From Alphaproteobacteria bacterium (GTDB taxonomy: Bacteria > Pseudomonadota > Alphaproteobacteria > MPNO01 > UBA830), in NCBI GenBank assembly GCA_964291215.2, contig OZ219790.1, forward strand, positions 992,001 to 1,056,000: a DNA stretch of 64,000 bases, given 5' to 3'. The translations under genes were made by a program, and so were the position numbers. Below the pieces are notes generated by a model. The model was not told the DNA's origin. It saw only the letters and a list, made by a program, of their open reading frames with translations, and ran no database searches. Shown piece after piece: positions 63,285 to 64,000 of the stretch. Position 1 is the first letter of the stretch, and the number at the start of each line of letters is the position of its first letter.

Positions 63285-63812
63285 CTAGTCCCGACTGTCT
63301 CCGTCCACCCGCGGACCGTCCGCGGCGCCGGCCCCTCCCTTCGCCGCAATCAGTTCGTCGGTAAGGACGAGCTGCGCACGGGAGATACCGTCGTGGGGAA
63401 CCGCATGCCTGTTCCCGTCCACCTCGATCAGGACGCTTCCGTCCTCTACACCTGCGAGCCTGCCGCGGAAGCGGCGGCGACCGTCGACCGCATCGCGAGT
63501 CTCGATCCGCGCCTCGAAACCCGCAAAACGCTCGAAGTCCGCGATCCGTACCAGCGGCCGATCAATTCCCGGCGAGCTGACCTCAAGCGTGTAGGAGCCC
63601 GAAAGCGGATTCTCGACATCGAGAATCGCCGAAACATCGCGGCTGATCAGTGCACAATCCTCGACCGTCATCTCAGCCCGATCGCGGCGCTCGGCCATGA
63701 TCTGCAACGTCTGGCCAGCGCCTCCGGCCAGCCGCACACGAACGAGATCGTAACCCATCGCATTCAGCGAGGGCTCCACAAGACCCGAGACAGTTTTCTC
63801 CGAACCCCTGAT
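63285..63812 (-). CDS. rimP: Ribosome maturation factor RimP (ATC start at 63812 or GTG at 63779)
   Basis: LDVE.P....Y.LEVSSPGIDRPL; first gene of nusA operon. Confidence 0.95.
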   Translation of the reverse strand: MRGSEKTVSGLVEPSLNAMGYDLVRVRLAGGAGQTLQIMAERRDRAEMTVEDCALISRDVSAILDVENPLSGSYTLEVSSPGIDRPLVRIADFERFAGFEARIETRDAVDGRRRFRGRLAGVEDGSVLIEVDGNRHAVPHDGISRAQLVLTDELIAAKGGAGAADGPRVDGDSRD

Positions 63813-63892
63813 CTTCGGCTCTCCGTAACGCTAGCCCCGCCTGGCGACGGTTGCAACCTTGCAGCCGCAATTCATCCCGCAGCGCCAGCCAG

Positions 63893-63920
63893 CAAACAAA
63901 AAAGCGGGCATCGCCCGCTC
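63893..63920 (-). terminator. rimP leader terminator/attenuator hairpin
   Basis: Minus strand AGCGGGC-GAT-GCCCGCT followed by TTTTTGTTT. Confidence 0.7.
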
Positions 63921-64000
63921 CCCAGTTCCCGTTTTCAGTCATGCCGGTGAATGACCGGTGTCCTTTTATAGCCTGTCTCCGTGGCGACGGCAAGCGCTGT

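Noticed and set aside
59534-63364. 1276-aa plus-strand ORF and similar long antisense ORFs (e.g. 35344-37062, 16440-17681)
   Set aside because: Shadow frames opposite well-supported genes in high-GC DNA, with no recognisable motifs

Overview
A GC-rich alphaproteobacterial chromosome segment (Rhodospirillales-like by gene content and synteny; inferred). The intact housekeeping backbone includes rimP-nusA-ylxR-infB-rbfA-truB-rpsO-pnp, irr-rubrerythrin-FeS-DUF3501, coaBC-dut-moeB, gshA, tldD, ubiA, moaA/fdhD/mobA, hemA, pdxH, fabI-aroC-tlyA and xseB. It is interrupted by decayed IS clusters at about 3.3-8.9 kb, 11-15.3 kb and 40.3-42.9 kb, with remnants of IS1202-like, IS110, ISAs1, IS66, ISKra4, ISAzo13 and IS1634 elements. 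Main observations: (1) a ~193-bp MITE in four intergenic copies, three with 9-10-bp TSDs; (2) most transposase remnants are broken by many short, often microhomology-flanked deletions while element ends survive; (3) an IS110 relic has a bridge-RNA-like leader whose putative guides match its own junctions; (4) an NsrR-DUF1971-nnrS NO-stress module is decaying, with IS66 copies beside both NsrR-like boxes; (5) there are two uncharacterised catabolic operons, one with three tandem cupins plus a TPP enzyme and TTT receptor, the other LigAB-like plus amidohydrolase and sirtuin; (6) ispA-dxs is missing from its usual xseB-tlyA position. No rRNA, tRNA or CRISPR array was seen. All family calls come from motif recognition by eye; no database search was run.
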